A stretch of DNA of 45,453 nucleotides from an uncultured archaeon (GTDB lineage: Archaea > Aenigmatarchaeota > Aenigmatarchaeia > QMZP01 > QMZT01). The notes under the pieces were generated by a model that made no database searches, was not told where the DNA came from, and saw only the letters and a list, made by a program, of their open reading frames with translations. Positions 44,549 through 45,453 of the stretch are shown here, in pieces. Each line of letters opens with the position of its first letter. The first letter of the stretch is position 1. The stretch covers positions 1-45,453 of the forward strand of contig CBEVTC010000001.1 in the NCBI GenBank assembly GCA_965552715.1, written 5' to 3'. Made by a program: the position numbers and the translations under genes.

Positions 44549-44672
44549 AGTTGAAAATAGGCTTTTTAAGCATTTCCGTGGGGGAAAATAGATTTTGGGG
44601 AATATATATGTCAAAAAATTTTTCTCCAAGCCCTCATATAAATACGTCCTTACCCAATTTAAAGTAAGGGGG

Positions 44673-44945
44673 ATGCGAACAATCAAATTCAATAAAAAGG
44701 GCAGTATCGCCAAATCAAAAGAAGGTGACCTTCTTCTCGTAAATGAGGACAAAAAGGCGTACAAGGTTGACGAGGTCGTGATCCTTATATGGACCATGTG
44801 CGACGGGAAACACGACAACAAGGAGATAGTAGAGGAGTTCTGTTCAAAACTCGGCAAGAATGTCCCGAAAGAAGAGATCGAGAAAGCAGTCTCAGACATA
44901 ACCCAGAAGTTGGAAAAATTCGGTCTTCTTGAGAAGTGCAAGTGA
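44673..44945 (+). CDS. PqqD-family protein (RiPP-recognition-element-like)
   Basis: KVDEVVILIWTMCDGKHDNKEIVEEFCSKLGKNVPKEEIEKAVSDITQKLEKFGLLE. The ATG at 44673 follows an AAGGGGG Shine-Dalgarno sequence. Confidence 0.6.
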   Translation: MRTIKFNKKGSIAKSKEGDLLLVNEDKKAYKVDEVVILIWTMCDGKHDNKEIVEEFCSKLGKNVPKEEIEKAVSDITQKLEKFGLLEKCK

Positions 44946-45084
44946 GATCGGAAATGTATTCTGATTAATGATCTGTTTATAGCTTGGACTAATACTTTTT
45001 CTTTGGTCAACCGATTTCTTGAATAAGCGGAAGCTATCGTAAAGAAAGTGGTTGGCGAGTTGTCCTTTTAACTAGGATCTGTCA

Positions 45085-45453
45085 GGGTATTGGGTAACGT
45101 GGGCTGAATACCTCGCCGAAGCTTGGTACTTACACCCCGTTTCCATCAACCTTGTCGTATACAAGACCTTCCCCAGCGCACCGATACTCGCGTATCAGGT
45201 TGCTGGATGGTTACCTATTTTCAGGAGAGGCTTCGGGCTTAGATGCTTTCAGCCCTTATCCTCAATGGCGTAGCTACCCGGCAATGTTTTACGCAACCGG
45301 TACACCAGAGGCCACAACGCACTGTTCCTTTCGTACTGAGTGCTTTTTCCCCTCAAGTAACCAACACCTTCAGCAGATATAGACCGTACTGGCTCGCACC
45401 GTACTTAACCCAGCTAACGTGGCTCTTTGATGGGTGAACACCCCCACCCTTGG
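45085..45453 (-). rRNA. 23S rRNA 3'-terminal region (domain V/VI), partial; continues beyond the window
   Basis: The minus strand reads ...GAGCCACGUUAGCUGGGUU..., then the sarcin-ricin region CAGUACGAAAGGAAC, then GGGCUGAAAGCAUCUAAGCCCGAAGCC. The 3' end is approximate. Confidence 0.9.

Noticed and set aside
44946-45084. A possible 5S rRNA directly downstream of 23S on the minus strand
   Set aside because: The minus-strand sequence shows none of the 5S hallmarks (no CCGAAC...GAAGUUAAGC, no helix I pairing). It is treated as a 23S trailer or spacer.
45152-45437. Plus-strand ORFs of 76 aa and 64 aa at the window end
   Set aside because: They lie inside the 23S rRNA gene (antisense), so they are spurious.

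Overview
Archaeal chromosomal window of 45.4 kb, about 43% GC, with compact gene spacing. It looks like a small-genome anaerobe, possibly DPANN-like; lineage cannot be fixed from sequence alone. All product calls rest on recognised motifs and gene order, with no database search. Contents, in order: (1) a sugar and compatible-solute block at 1-5885, holding a HAD phosphatase fragment, a GpgS-like glycosyltransferase (GT), a class I GAPDH, an ADP-dependent-kinase-like protein and two GT4 enzymes; (2) diphthine synthase; (3) a fused ribosomal superoperon, L4-L23-L2-S19-L22-S3-L29-SUI1-Rpp29-S17-L14-L24-S4e-L5-S14-S8 joined directly to L30e-NusA-S12-S7-EF2; (4) tRNA-Pro, a prepilin peptidase, an S-layer protein and an envelope glycan cluster; (5) TruD, a PQQ-repeat propeller protein, ATP-PEPCK, aIF6, L31e, L39e, a PDCD5-like protein and S19e; (6) MTAP and an oxidative-stress island (Grx, rubredoxin-like protein, FTR-like protein, Rbr, reverse Rbr, Dfx); (7) PspC, Ogg, DUF192, L18e-L13-S9-S10, S8e, Sm, L37e and tRNA-Lys; (8) an MBL hydrolase, Sec61beta, RNase P RNA, a small structured RNA candidate, a PqqD-like ORF and the 3' end of 23S rRNA. 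Four observations stand out. First, the EF-2 gene is split inside its P-loop codons by a 32-nt insert that folds like a bulge-helix-bulge (BHB) intron, making it a candidate mRNA intron in an essential gene. Second, both tRNA genes carry multiple introns (three in tRNA-Pro, two in tRNA-Lys), each including a 59/60 T-loop intron. Third, seven copies of a strand-oriented hairpin family (U-GACG-stem-loop-CGUC-K) sit in tRNA leaders and trailers, a tRNA intron, RNase P RNA and 3' UTRs. Fourth, the sarcin-ricin loop of 23S reads GAAA instead of the near-universal GAGA.
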